Shown here: positions 38,013 through 51,574 of the stretch, one piece after another | Position numbering within the stretch: the first letter of the stretch is position 1 | Layout of the letters: the number at the start of each line of letters is the position of its first letter | DNA from: Octopus sinensis | Taxonomy: Eukaryota | DNA: 64,000 bases | Direction: 5' to 3' | NCBI RefSeq assembly: GCF_006345805.1 | Contig: NC_043008.1 | Span: forward strand, 4,092,001 to 4,156,000 | Position numbers and translations under genes: made by a program | Notes under the pieces: generated by a model | The model's database searches: none | What the model was told of the DNA's origin: nothing | The model's input: only the letters and a program-made list of their open reading frames with translations

Positions 38013-40095
38013 AAGACTATAAATGACCATTGTGGGTGCTAGAAACAACTGACTCAGGGTCACAATCTCTGACTCAAGAAAGCTTATGCTGTTATGTGGG
38101 CATTTTGTTGCATACATCAGTGGGTGGCACTGGGCAGCTTTGGTGCCATAGTGGAAAGGGCCAAAACGTCTGCGTAGCTGCTTCATCACCTAATAAGATA
38201 GTGACTCCTGCATCCAGAGACAGGAGTATAGCCATGCCCTTAGCACACAAGTGTTCACCTTAGAATGTTTACCCTGTTATATTTGTTTCAACAATACAGA
38301 GTTCAGATGCATCGTGAATATAAATATGGACGATTGTGCAATACTACAACATATTATTTGTTATCTCTGCTTGTCTTGTCAGTCAAAGGTCAAAAGAATA
38401 GCAAGTTTACACTTAGGATATATACTGTTGTTAAAATTACAACAGGGAGAGCTTTGTGTGTGCAGAGATGGAGTGAAGCTTCTGACATGCTTATGAGAAA
38501 TATGGTAGGCTAGTGCTGAAAACTGAAAGTGTGTGTGTGTGTGTGTGTGAACATTTTTTTTTTCCTCATATATGCTTAAAAAGTTTAGGCATTCTTAACA
38601 TAATTATTGTTGGGTCTTACAGAGATATTTGAAATAGTTTATTTCTGAAATCAATCTAATATAACATACTTGTCATTGCATTGTGGAATATTTCACTAGA
38701 CACGTTAGTGTTGTACGTAATTGAGTGTAAGCTCACATTTTATTTAACTCAATAACCGAAATATTTATTTTCATGATTTATTTGAAAGCCCGATGATTAG
38801 AGCGATTCTTTTATAATAATTCACGCAGCTTGTATTTATATTTTAGTTTCTGTAATATGAAGCAGATACAAAATTGAGGAAATACATAGTTGTCAGTTGT
38901 TCTTTTTTTTTCCCCCATGTGTGAAGAGTTGAAATCATCACTAGAACTCTAAATACATTTATCATATCTAAATGTGACTCTTCTACTTAATCCACTTTAT
39001 TTTAATCAGACTTGCCCACTGAGATGCCAGTCTGTATCTACCTGTCTTCCAAATCTGAAGCCTTGTGCCCTGTGTTAGAAGTCAATATTAGAGCAGCATT
39101 TATTAAAAATTAATGCATCAACTTTTTATAATACCAAATACCAGTGAGTGTAAGTGAATACATGAAAAGAAATTTTCCACAAGAACAAAGAGAACAAAAT
39201 ATTCTGTGAAAATGAAGTGTGAGAAGATACATAAACAAATTTTCAATTAAATTATTAATAATTTACTCGTCTCGTATATGGTTTTAATATAAATAAAAGT
39301 AAATATCAATACTGAGTTATACATTAGACTTGTAGCACAGAGGAAAGTGTATTGTTAAAAATAGAATAGTATTTTTATGCACTGTATATTCATTATCTAA
39401 TTTTACTTTAAAATTTTTAATACTTGCTAAATATAATATTGATTTCCATATAGCACGATAGATTTATTTAGTTTAATAGTTTACATCTACTCTGTGAACT
39501 GTTTTATGATTATATCTGTCTTTTTAAGATAACTCAGTAGAACGACACATTATTCTAATGAGAAAACATCTCATAAATACACATGATCATAATTATCTGC
39601 TGAAGATACCAGCCATAATTTGCTTTAACTCAATTTAAAAAGCAGACTGACACACTAAAAGGAAAATACTTTTGAGGATAGCATATTGGAATACACGTAA
39701 TTGGCTCTAAAATCCATGAGTTCAAGTACTGTTGCAGTTTGAGCAGACCCATGTTCAAAATCATTCCACCTTTTATTTAATTTATTTTTGTATTTTAAGC
39801 ATCATACTTGTCTTAAACCACATTATTCAATAGACTGAAGTGGATGTTGCCAAAGAATATTAATTCATCAAAACTACATCCTTAGTGATGACAACAATCA
39901 TTATCTGAATGATAAGTTCTGCTTAAAAAAGGCAACTATATAATCTTGGATATCATCTTAGGAAGGGTCGGATGAAGAAAACATTGACTTAGAATCAAAG
40001 GTTTTTTCATGAACTCATCCTGTCTTCAAGGCATCACGAATCAAGAACTGTGTTCACTAAATACATTGTATCTTTTTCTTTTAACAATGGTGTGT

Positions 40096-40301
40096 TTAAC
40101 CCTTTAGTGTTTAGACTGGCGATATCAAAATAAAATATTCTACCTGTTTTAGGTTCAAACTAACCAGATCCAGCTTATCACACCTACCCTACAATGCCAT
40201 TCTAAAAAGAAACATTTGCATCGTTGAAATCACAAAGTTACAAGATAATGCATGATTAATTTTAAACATTTGACAGAATAATCTGAATGCTTAAGGGTTA
40301 A
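40096..40301. mobile_element. piggyBac-like MITE
   Basis: TTAA at both ends; TIRs ttaaccctttagtgtttaga / rc ttaacccttaagcattcaga. Confidence 0.75.
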
Positions 40302-43300
40302 AGAAGATTCTGCTGCTATTTTTAGCAGATGGAGTGGTTAAATAAAAATTTAACATTTATTGCTGCTTGAAATGTTTTGAAATTATCTTTCTTTAGAAAG
40401 AATTTGAAACTAAGAACCTTCCTTTTTAAAACTTAATTTTACATGAGACCATCTAACAGTGGTTATTCAGGAGGCACAGTGAAGTTGCTCGTAAATGCTC
40501 AAAGAATGGTACTTATGTTCTACAAATGTACTTCATGTGTGCCGAGAATAATTTAATCTTAGATACCATCAGTATGATCACGTCATTAATATGGGGAGCA
40601 TCACAAACCTCATTAGAAAAGAAGTAATTTATTCTCTGAACATTTCTATTTGTGTACACCATCAGCATTCAATCACGTTCACTTAGGAGAAACACCACCC
40701 TCCAGGTAGTTCTCTTTTAGCATGTACAATTTATAAATCTCTCTAACGATATATCTGTCTGTCTGTCACCATCCATTTATAGGTCCCTATCTAACTTTTT
40801 TGTATCTGTCTCTTCTTATTTGTACATCTCTTTTTATCTTTTTCGTTTTGGAATTTGGTTTGCAAGATTCTTTATATGAGTTCGTGTGTTGAAGCATATT
40901 CTGTTGTGTCTGGGGAGAGTCATTCTCTTTCAGTGCCTTATTATTTAACACACTCACCTGTAAAATTACCATTTATTCCTTATTTTTATTTTCTAAAATT
41001 TTTGTTGCGTCTTGCAACCTTTTCAATAGTCTTGACTCTTTTTATCTATTTATCTGCCTCTCTTCTTTCTCTCTATACATCTATCTGTCTGTTCTACCGT
41101 CCATCCATCAAATCTCATATTTTTGCTTGACTACACTGTCTAGTGTGTTCTTTCTTGATTTAAGATAGCAGGCTTTGATGTAAAGAAGATTTGGCTGCTT
41201 TTTCCAGCAGGTGGAGTGACAGTGCAGAGGTCTTTCTTCAATAGCTGATCATAAACTTCTTTTTGTCATTTAGCCCAGCTCTCTCCTGATTGAACAGACC
41301 TCTGATGAAAGGCATTCATGCTGTCTACCATATTTAAGACTGTGGGGTGTGATATAGGAGCAATTTGGCTTGTATTTCCAGCAGGTCATATAACCATATA
41401 GAGGTTCCTTTGTTGAACATTGTGACCAACCAATGGCCATTGACATTGCCTTACATCTGAGGAAAATTAGGCGGTACCACAGTAGACAGACCAGCTCTGA
41501 ACACAAGTCCTACATGCCTAACTAAACATTACCTTCAAATTTTTAATAGTGCAGCCTGCCTGCTGATGATCCACACATCATGCAGCCCACTTCTCCATGC
41601 CTGGTATAAGAGGGGCCTTGGGGTATGGATAGATGTGATAGGTAATGAGAGGAAGCCCTAACAGTGTTTTGGTTACGTGTACAGATATAATAAAAAATGC
41701 TCACTTATATGGAGATGCTTAGCGTTTCTCCCATCACTAGTTCAGTGTGTAATAAGGAAGTGTATACTTTTCAGAGGAGATCTAATTAAAACTGAAACAT
41801 GTCTAGAGTTGTTTCCCTGTATTTGCTGAAAGATTCAAAATAATATTGACTTATGAGAAATTGTTTTTCTTTTGCCTAAGTGCATCGTTATTTCTAATGA
41901 GTTTTTTGATGTCTATTGCATTAAATATAAGATTAACCTAAGTGGTACATAGTCTCTTATGAGTGACGGACAAAGTGAATGTTGATTTATGAATTTGTAT
42001 TTAGCGAACAGTGAATTATATGAAATGATTTTATAAAAGCTGATTGTCAAATGAAATAGATATATGAAGGTTTTATGTGTAAACACATTCATTGTGACAA
42101 TAAATAGACATTAAATGCGGTGTTTATCTGTCTGTGTTTGTAATGGTCTTTGAAGATCCACAACAAATTTCAGTTGACAGATTTATTGCAATAGTTTATT
42201 TTGCTATCCATATTACTTGTTGCTATGTGTATAGTATTTCTTTTCCCTCTGGCAGCATGCTGTTACCACTGCTGCTACTGTTGCTGCTGCTGTTATAGTT
42301 TGTTGCTTTGAATTTTCTATTTTGATAAGAGCTATGATTTGTCTGATTTACTTTTTTTTTACTTTTGTGATGCTCATCTGGGGATATATATCTTTTACAC
42401 CCTAATCTGTATTCAATTCCATTGTAATGATTTAGAATGAAAACTAATATTAGTGGCCTGGTGTAGATAATGGGCGTTAAACTTTATTGTAGTAAAATAT
42501 GAAAGCTCTCCAGACAGAAATGATGATGATGATGATGCTGTGATATCACATAAAATAATGTTCTCCATCTATAATTACTGTGATAGTGAATCATTGAAAG
42601 AAATCAATGAAAAACCAGTGAGAATGGTCATGGGAGTTAGTTTTACTGAAATCAGACATTTCATGATGATAGTTAGCAGATGTTGTTAAATAAATGTTGT
42701 AGTAATTTGTCTGTACTAATGGCTAGTTTTATAAAATAAACATGCCAAGCAAAGTGGAATGTTAAAGATGTACAAAGTGATCACAGTGTTTTGAAAGATA
42801 ATAGCAGAAACAGATAAGGATTATCATGCAATTATTAGCATTAATTGTCTAAATATCTAAGATCAGTTACTAATATGACTATAATTTTTGGGATTATTAA
42901 CCTCGTCTTCAGAGATGAAATATTTTGTAATATTTACATCTACACTGTGCTTCAGTTGGTTTGATTTCCAGTCATCATCAGATATTTATATTCTTAGATA
43001 TGACTTCAGTACCAAATTGGATTCAAACCAGAAGATTTTTTTTTTTTACTAAACTATGACCAGTAGCATTGATATCTTATCTCAAATGTTCTTAGTTTCA
43101 CTCCAGTTTTGGTGCAGGTACAACATCAGTTCTCTGGTATCTTTGGTTTCTAAACCATTCCAGATTACTGATTTTTCCAAACCAGGGATGGTCACATTCT
43201 AAATTAAACAAATATTAAATTTGTTTAAATAATTAAATGAAATGCAGATACATTAATATAACTGATACAAGTTTATTAATACTGTACTGTGCAAGGTCCA

Positions 43301-43594
43301 GTAAACTTGTCTGGCAGCTAAAGGACTTTGAAGTTCCTGCTCTTAAGCAGATTATAAGAGGTTCTGGACTGTCAGGGTCTGGAAATTTAGAGCTGTACCT
43401 GTACTAAATACACCTTGAAATAAGACATCTAACAACTGCATAAAAACTAATCAAAGCAGTATATATAGAATTATATCAGGAAATATTTCATCTTTTACTG
43501 TGAGGTTGATGATCTGAAAAATTATCTAAAAAAAACTGTTAGAATTATTAGAAAATATGACAATATGGATTATAATTTGACTATAGCAAAATTA

Positions 43595-43805
43595 TTGATT
43601 TCTAACTTTGGAACATGGTTGTGAATATTTTGGAAGAGTATAATCCATAAATCCACTCCAGTAGTTGACTGATATTTATTTTATTGATCCTGGTATGATG
43701 AAAGGTAAAGTCGACTTTGGCAGTATTTCAACTTGGAACATAAAAGGATGTCCATAAATATCACATAACATTTTTCCACTGCTCTACCCATTCCGCCAAT
43801 CCATC
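43595..43805 (-). mobile_element. SINE family B-like, decayed
   Basis: ttttattgatcc...gatgaaaggtaaagtcgactttggcag. Confidence 0.7.
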
Positions 43806-43836
43806 ACGCTTGACATTATTGCAAAATACAAACCAA

Positions 43837-43839
<3 letters not shown>

Positions 43840-43900
<61 letters not shown>

Positions 43901-43909
43901 CCTCTCTCT
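43840..43909. repeat. (CT)n microsatellite
   Basis: Direct reading. Confidence 0.95.
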
Positions 43910-44296
43910 GCTGAGAAAATGGAAGCCAATTTCTTTTTTTTGCAAATTGCTCCCTACCTCCTTAAGGACAGATTGGGCAATGTAGTCATCACAAAGACTG
44001 GATGGCCACAGCTTAATTGCATATTAACATGAAGTCTGCTTCATTAAGGATGACTTGGGTCTTAACAACAACAAGAACAATATTAACTATATTACAAAAA
44101 CTGAGGATACTTAGAATCTATTCTTCCTAATTTAACTGACAGAACTGGAATATGTATGAAATTAATCATGCTGAAATTAATATAACAACAAAAAATTTTC
44201 TTTACCAAGGACTAAGGATTTCTACCATCAGCTCATCATCATCATCATTAGCATTTAACATCTGTTTCTCTTGCTGGCATAAGTTGGGCCATACAT

Positions 44297-44336
<40 letters not shown>

Positions 44337-45190
44337 TCATCATCATTTAACGTCCGTTTTCCATGCTAGCATGGGTTGGGCATATATATATATATAGCAA
44401 TTGGTGTGTATTTAATTTTGCTGTACAATCCAACCCACTGCTATCTTTTTGACATCTAGATAAAAGAGTCAAATTTATTGGTTTTTATTTTCCATTTCAC
44501 CTGGATTTGCCCACCTCTCTCCAAAACTGCCAATGGTAGTCATGGCAGATGGTAAGCGACTTAGGAAAATGTTATCAAGTGTATAACAGACACAAGTCAT
44601 TCACACACTAGTACAGGATTAACAGTTTATTGATAGTTTCTTAGGTATCAATACAATGTGAGTTGTGAATAGATATAACATCCATTTTGATAATTAAAAA
44701 TGAGCTGAGGGAGATAACTCAAACAAATGAATGGCATGAATTTGAATTAATTTAATTTATTAAAGGGTGATGTGGTACACACACACACAGACAAAAGAAA
44801 ACTTAATTAATTGAAATTTCCCTCTGAGTTAGAGGAAAGTGGAAACTTAACAGATGTTGTTTACCAATTCTCAATGGAATGAGGAAATAATTTTTTAAAA
44901 ATTACAAAATTAATCTGTAAAGTTACTTTCCAGGTTTCAAGGACAAAAGAAGGATCTTTCTTCGAAGGCAAGGGACAGCCATGGAAAAGTTTCAGTCTAT
45001 TAGACTACATCAGCATAATACCCTGCTGCTAGTTAAATCATTTTTCTTGGCTTATTTTTCATCAAGCAAATAATTCTGACCAAAAATTATTAATAACTCT
45101 ATGTCAGATGATCAACAGGTTTAGGGAGTCAATAATTTAATGTAAACTACCCAAGCAAAACATGTCTACACTTGCTCTTATCTGCAAACA

Positions 45191-45706
45191 TACCGTAACT
45201 TCTCAAGTATAATCCACATTTTTTTCCCAAAACTTAAAGGTCAAAATCCCTAATGCATACGATATACGAGGTTAAATATGAAAAATATTTTCTAAGCAAT
45301 GTCCGAGTCTCTATTTGCTGTCCGGCAATGTTTATTCAAGCGCATTTCATGATGTCAGCCGCAAAAATACCTTAAGCTAAGCCTGAAAGCAATGAAGTCA
45401 TAAAAGAATCATCCATAACTTGCAATAAGCAACATTTATTAAATGCTATTACTGTTATTTCTTTATTTTCTGCAAACAAAATGCACAAAAAAGCTACACA
45501 TTTGCATCATGTTATATATACAATAATAATAAAGGATGTTACCGTATACATTTTTACAAACCAAGGATGTTATATAGACCTCCTTGACTCAAGTTAGAGA
45601 AGGGGTGCATATTATACACAAGGTTTAGGTTTTTCAGAGGTACAGCTTCCTAAAAATCCCCTGTGTATTATACTCAAGGGCAGACTATACTTGAGGATTT
45701 ATGGTA
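45191..45706. mobile_element. TA-flanked Tc1/mariner-superfamily (pogo/Tc2-like) MITE
   Basis: 24-bp TIRs taccgtaacttctcaagtataatc / rc taccataaatcctcaagtatagtc; subterminal repeats gcatattatacacaagg, gtgtattatactcaagg, cagactatacttgagg. Confidence 0.8.
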
Positions 45707-46159
45707 TATTAGATTTAGAACTTTTTTGTTTCTCTTAGAGAATATTTCAATTCAGTAGAAATGTTTGTGTCTGGCATTCAGTATATCACCCTTTGACTTT
45801 ATCCATTTTAACATGGATATGAATTTCAGTATTATAGTTTTAACCTTCATAGATTATTCCAAATATTACAAAATAAAAATTCTCATTATTATTTCATCAT
45901 CAGACATAAACATAATAATGTACTAATTAGTGAGATAATGAAAACAGGGATATATGAGATTGACGCTGTCAAATTAAAAACAAAATGATATCAAATTGAC
46001 AATTCTTGTGATAACGACCTGCCTGAGACTGCCTCCCAGTTTTGTGATAGAGAACTTATCATTTTGAAAGGTTCAGATTTACATTGAAACCTCATATCTC
46101 AATTTTATGTATGAACATTTTTCTAAATAATGTTCTGAACACCAGCTTAATATGATAAT

Positions 46160-46372
46160 AGTTTCAAATTTTGGGCACAAGGCAAGCAAACTTAGAAGTG
46201 CAGTAAGTCAATTATATCGACCCCCAGTGCTCAACTGGTACTTATTTTACCAAACCTGGAAAGACAAAGGCAAAGTCAACTTTGGTGGAATTTGAACTCA
46301 GAATGTAAAGACAGATGAAATGCTGCTAAGCGTTTTGCCAAACATGCTAAGGATTCTGCAAGCTTGCTGCCT
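46160..46372 (-). mobile_element. SINE family B inserted in a TTAA-MITE remnant (~46010-46440)
   Basis: aagtcaattatatcgacccccagtgctcaactggtact...aaaggcaaagtcaactttggtggaatttgaactcagaatg; the flanks match the MITE at 35751/60660 in reverse. Confidence 0.8.
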
Positions 46373-47689
46373 GAGTAATAAATGCAAAATAGTCAATCAT
46401 TTTACTAAATTCTTTCAATTGCTTCATTATTTTTAATGTTAGTGGCATCGTGGGGCAGTGTATATTATTAGAAATATAATCACAAAAGAATTCAATCTTC
46501 TAATTATTTGACCCAGCAGTTCTTTACTATAAAACGATTTTGCTTTGAAGCATTCTTTTTATTTTTAGATATTAATTTTTTTAATGCTTTTGTGCATGTT
46601 TTAGCTATCATCTCATTCTGCCGCTCATTCTGCAGCACTTTCTGCTACTCATTCTGCAGTTCATTCTGCAGCAGTGCTGGGTTGATGCAGCTTAAACGTC
46701 AGCAAGATAGATCTGCTGGTCAGTTTAGTATCAGTTAGTTTTTTCAGTTTCCAACAGATTGATTTTTCAGTGTTTAATCATTTTCACAAGTAAGATGTGG
46801 AATTGAAACAATTTGTGTCTAAGTATAATAATCTTGGTTCTGTCTATTTTTGGCATTATTTAGGTGAACCATTTTTGTGGCTTTGTGTTGAGTACATCAG
46901 TCTTCTAAGGTGCTGTCATTCAGTAATCTCTATAGCATTATCCACAATCGCCTTGGTAATACCTAGTACATCGATTGCCTTCACTTTGCTTAATACACCA
47001 ATCTATATGATTTGTCTTGGCCGAGTGCACCAGTCTTTTTTTTTTTTGTTGTGTCTAGTATACCAATCTCTTTGGCATTGTCTTCTATGCTGATCTTGAC
47101 TTTACAATGTGGAATTTCTTTGAGAGTGATCACTACTTTGGAGCTGATAAATGAGTAATCAGCTAACCAGAAAACAGCAGTACGTGAGAATGGAATCGAG
47201 TGTTTTGGAGATTAAAATGTCAAGAAAGCATTAAGTCAAATTGGTGTTAATTCCTAAAGTTTGGATCACTCCAGAATAGCAACTAATATGGAATAATCCT
47301 GAAGGCATTGCTGAAGAAATATGGCATTACATGGATCAATTAACCTCATTTAATTTCTGTTTATCGTTCCAAAAGAGACTAAGCAAATACAATTATCAGG
47401 TAGTTAAGTGGTGGTTAACAAATTGGAGACAGCCAAACAAAATGTATAAATTGTTTTTTTTTTAAATTACACTAGTAAGGAGAAAATTCTTTAGATCAAA
47501 TTACTATTTCCAGTTCGGAAAGGCAGTTTCAAAATTCGTATTCATTAAAAATTGAATGCAGACCAAGCTGTAGAGAAGGGATGTGATCCTTTGTTAGTTC
47601 AGGGACAATTCAGGACATGTTTTAGACAACCTCAGCTTATGCTTACCCTTACCAGAATTTACCAGTTGTTTCATAATGAATGAATATTC

Positions 47690-47902
47690 CTCTCTAATAT
47701 GGACAAAAAAACCTGAAATTTCGAAGGAGGAGGCTAATCAATTACATTGACCCTAGGCTCAAATGGTGCTTATTTTCTCGACCCTGAAAGAATGAAAGGG
47801 AAAGTGAGTCTTGAAAGAATTTCAGCTCAGAATGTAAAGCTGGAAGAAATGCCATTAAACATTTTGGCCAAAATGCTAAGAATTTAGCCAGCTGACCACC
47901 TT
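47690..47902 (-). mobile_element. SINE family B
   Basis: attacattgaccctagg...tcgaccctgaaagaatgaaagg...gccagctgaccacc. Confidence 0.75.
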
Positions 47903-48572
47903 TGAATGAATGAATATTGACAGCATAACAACTGAATAGAATTTCTGAGGCAAAACAGATATTTCTGTATGAAAAACAAATATGTATGTAGGTGGGGGGT
48001 GACATAATGTAGGGATGAAAATTGTGTTAATTTATTAAAATTACACATCCAGTGAGGTAAATAATTCATTAGATTTCATAACTCATTCTGATGAAGTGAG
48101 ACAATTCTGGAATCTAAATTAATTTGCAAATATGTAATGTCATGTAAAAACTGTATTTCAATTACTGAACATTTCATTGTATTCTTTCTCTCCATTTTCT
48201 CAGACTGTGTTGGTCATATTTTACTTTGATCTCTTAGGGAGTTAATATGGGTACCAGTGATATACTTGTGTGAACTAATTGACTATATTTTCTTCTACAA
48301 AAGTTAGATCATATTTAACCCATAAAGTGCTGGGATTTGAACTCACATAGCATGGACTGCTGAGCACATTCTATGAAAATGAGACTCCCATGCAGACATA
48401 AAAAAATGAAAAAAAATAGTTAAAACATCTTCTTAGTATTTAATGGTGGCAAGTTTTACATCATCCGAAAAGTCATTGGTTGAACTATTAGTCCTCTTGC
48501 ATTCTGTGGGGTATCTGAGTGTTTGAGTGACATTAGACCCCAACAAACACCCATAAATTAAATGCATCCATC

Positions 48573-48626
48573 TGGGCCATGATCTTGGTCTGTCGATCTG
48601 TACCTGACAGCCACAATCATGGCCCA
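48573..48626. ncRNA. Candidate pre-miRNA-like hairpin
   Basis: tgggccatgatcttggtctgtc-gatctgtacct-gacagccacaatcatggccca. On the minus strand: 20 pairs, 1 mismatch, 1 bulge, 11-nt loop. Not recognisably repeat-derived; no expression evidence. Confidence 0.35.
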
Positions 48627-49392
48627 TTGTGCTTTATTTGTTAAAAAAATTAGTATAAGAAAGGTTTTTAATTTTGCAATGTTCAAATTTTGTATGTGAT
48701 TTTAACAATGAACATATATTATAATTTAATTTTCTTCCAAAACCAAATGTACATTTTTAAAAATTGAAATAAAAAATTTAAATACTCTAATTAATATAAT
48801 TGAAGATTAATGCTTCCTATAAGCCCCACATAATTTGTAATGGAGGTAGATGGAAATTATTTATTTTCCAAATAAAGAAAACGATTTTCAAGAAATTTGT
48901 CAAATTTCCAGGTTACTCTGACATTTAAACAATTCAATACATATGAGATAAATCCAGAACTTCATAAATTGTCAATTACTCAACTGCATTTTAATCTTTT
49001 AAGTTTATTTCAAACTGTCATTTACATTAGATTTTAAAATATATTTTGCTGATTTTCCTTTTCAATGTATTTAAAAGGTCAGTTTTTCTTTTTCTTTAAT
49101 ATACAATAAAATTTGAAATTATTGAGCTTAATAGTAGGTTTGAAAGTAGAATGTAAAAACATTGTTTTTGCATTACTTTTTAAAGGATGACATAAATGTT
49201 TCTTTGTGTATAAATTTGATAAATGCAGAATGTAATCTAATTTGTGTCAAGATTAAAAAAATGTATTAATATAATATCAAAGAAAAATTTTCAAATCAGA
49301 GGGAGCATATGTGTGTCTGTGAGTATACACACAGATTTTATAATTCATATACATCTGCACACTGGTATTAGATATTGAATTTTAGAAATATA

Positions 49393-49784
49393 TCATCATC
49401 ATCATCATCATCATTTAACGTCCGCTTTCCATGCTAGCATGGGTTGGACGGTTCAACTGGGGTCTGGGGAGCCCGAAAGCTGCACCAGTCCAGTCAGATC
49501 TGGCAGTGTTTCTACAGCTGGATGCCCTTCCTAACGCCAACCACTCCGAGAGTGTAGTGGGTGATTTTATGTGCCACCGACACAGGTGCCAGACGAGGCT
49601 GGCAAACGGCCACGCTCGGATGGTGTTTTTTATGTGCCACCGACACAGGTGCCAGACGAGGCTGGCAGACAGCCACGCTCGGATGGTGTTTTTATGTGCC
49701 ACTGACACAGGTGCCAGATGAGGCTGGCAAACGGCCACGATCGGATGGTGTTTGTTACGTGCCCACAGCACGGAGGCCAGTCGA
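49393..49784 (-). mobile_element. SINE family C, young, with four internal ~62-bp units
   Basis: (CAT)n-ttaacgtccgctttccatgctagc..., then repeated ttttatgtgccaccgacacaggtgccagacgaggctggca.a..gccacgctcggatggtg. Confidence 0.92.
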
Positions 49785-49799
49785 TATATAAAAATATAT

Positions 49800-50029
49800 A
49801 TTTCTTTACTACTCACAACGGGCTAAACACAGAGGGGACAAACAAGGACAGACAAAGGGATTAAGTCAATTACATCGACCCCAGTGCGAAACTGGTACTT
49901 TATTTATCGACCCAGAAAGAATGAAAGGCAAAGTCAACCTTGGCAGAATTTGAACTCAGAACGTAACGACAGACGAAATAACGCTAAGCATTTCAGCCGG
50001 CGTGCTAACGTTTCTGCCAGCTCACCACT
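49800..50029 (-). mobile_element. SINE family B, near full length and young
   Basis: Minus strand ggtgagctggcagaaacgttagcacgccgg (A-box-like), gagttcaaattc (B-box), gactttgcctttcattc..gggtcgataaataaagtaccag, tail gtagtaaagaaata. Confidence 0.92.
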
Positions 50030-50994
50030 TTTATATATATATATATCTATATACACACACACACACACATATATCTTTACAAACAAAAGGATCCTGTATA
50101 TCAAGGATTGCATCAGTGTCTGCTTTGGTATTGTTTATGGTTGGGTGCCCTTCCAAACACCAACAGCTTTGCAGTGTGTACTGGGGGCTCTTTTTGTTTA
50201 TTTTTTGTGTCACTGACACTATTGAGGTCAGCATAAAAGCTTGCAAGTCACCGAAGCCAGGGAGGGAGGATGTTGCTTCTTTGTGTTAGGTGGAGATTAA
50301 AGTATGAGGAAAGAGGTTGAAGTGGAGCAAGTTCCTCTTGTGAAGGGGCTGCATGGCTACTCGGGGTTTAGGAGAGGAACCGAGAATGAATTAGATGTCT
50401 CTTCATGGAGATAAACAGTGCTGCCAAGGTATTCAGGGGGGAGGGGAACCTCCAGTAGCAGGAGCAGCAGTTGGTGGGAGGAATGTGGGTTTGCAAGGGT
50501 GTGAGGAGTAAGAGATAGGGGAAGTGGGAGAGGGGGAAAGGCAACATAAGTAAGGATTTAGGGGAGGGGATGTATATTAGTTGGGAAGGCTACATGGATA
50601 CCCACAGTGTGGTTGTATGATGACGATGACGGGGGGGGAGAGATGACATATTTGGGTAGGCTGCAGGAATGGAGCAGAAGGATCATCTGGTGGCCGCGTG
50701 TGTGTGTGTGTGTGTGTGCTAATGCACATGCACGTGTATGTGTCTATCTGTATAAATGTGTATATATATGTTCATGTATGTGTGCGTCTATATACTTTTA
50801 TTCTTTTATGCATTTCAGCTCAAAGGCTGTGACCATGCTGGGGCACAACCAGTATTATCACCTTTTTCAGTGGCCATTCTCTTGAGATTAGCTTTTTGGT
50901 GAAGGAGGGAGTTTGGTGTGTGTGAGTGTATATATGTATGTATGTATGTGTGTGTGTATGTATGTATGTATGTATGTGTGTATATGCATATGTG

Positions 50995-51025
<31 letters not shown>

Positions 51026-51319
51026 TCTCTCCCTTTCTATCCTATCTTTTGGCAGAAGAGTGAATAATTGGAACATTAAAGAGTTTTCCCCGTTTCTTAG
51101 CAAGGTAATTATTTTCCGTTGGTCAGAAATGTTTCTCATGGAAGACTGGAAATGAACATCATGCCAAAGCACCTTTACATCCATCAAATGATTCTGAGAC
51201 AAGGGTGCGTGTCAATACCCGAACATAAATATATGAAGGACTCTCCTCCTGCCATGGATGACTGAGCAACCCTGCACCAGTGATTCGTTTGTAGAAATCA
51301 AATATTTGTGCATTACATT

Positions 51320-51525
51320 AACTCACTCCCTCCGTTCAATTGACATTACCTGTACAGGTGCACAGTTTGCCACACATGAGATGTTGCAATGATCAGAGGG
51401 CAGCATGAGCTGAACTGTTTCGCTCAAGAACACACTGCACTTCATAACTACATAATCAGGGAACCAAATCCAGGATTCTGTGATCACGGGGGCAGCAGCC
51501 CAACCATTCGGCTGTGTGCCTTCAC
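51320..51525 (-). mobile_element. SINE family D-related
   Basis: cagagggcagcatgagctgaactgtttcgctcaagaacaca...caaccattcggctgtgtgccttcac. Confidence 0.6.
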
Positions 51526-51574
51526 CACACACACACACACACACACACACAAATATATACACATGCACATATTC

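Noticed and set aside
38251-38513. Two overlapping ~80-aa ORFs
   Set aside because: No recognisable protein features; compatible with chance.
43126-43172. Imperfect ~50-nt hairpin (similar weak ones near 8655-8712, 14126-14173 and 48068-48117)
   Set aside because: Short interrupted stems in AT-rich DNA, expected by chance.
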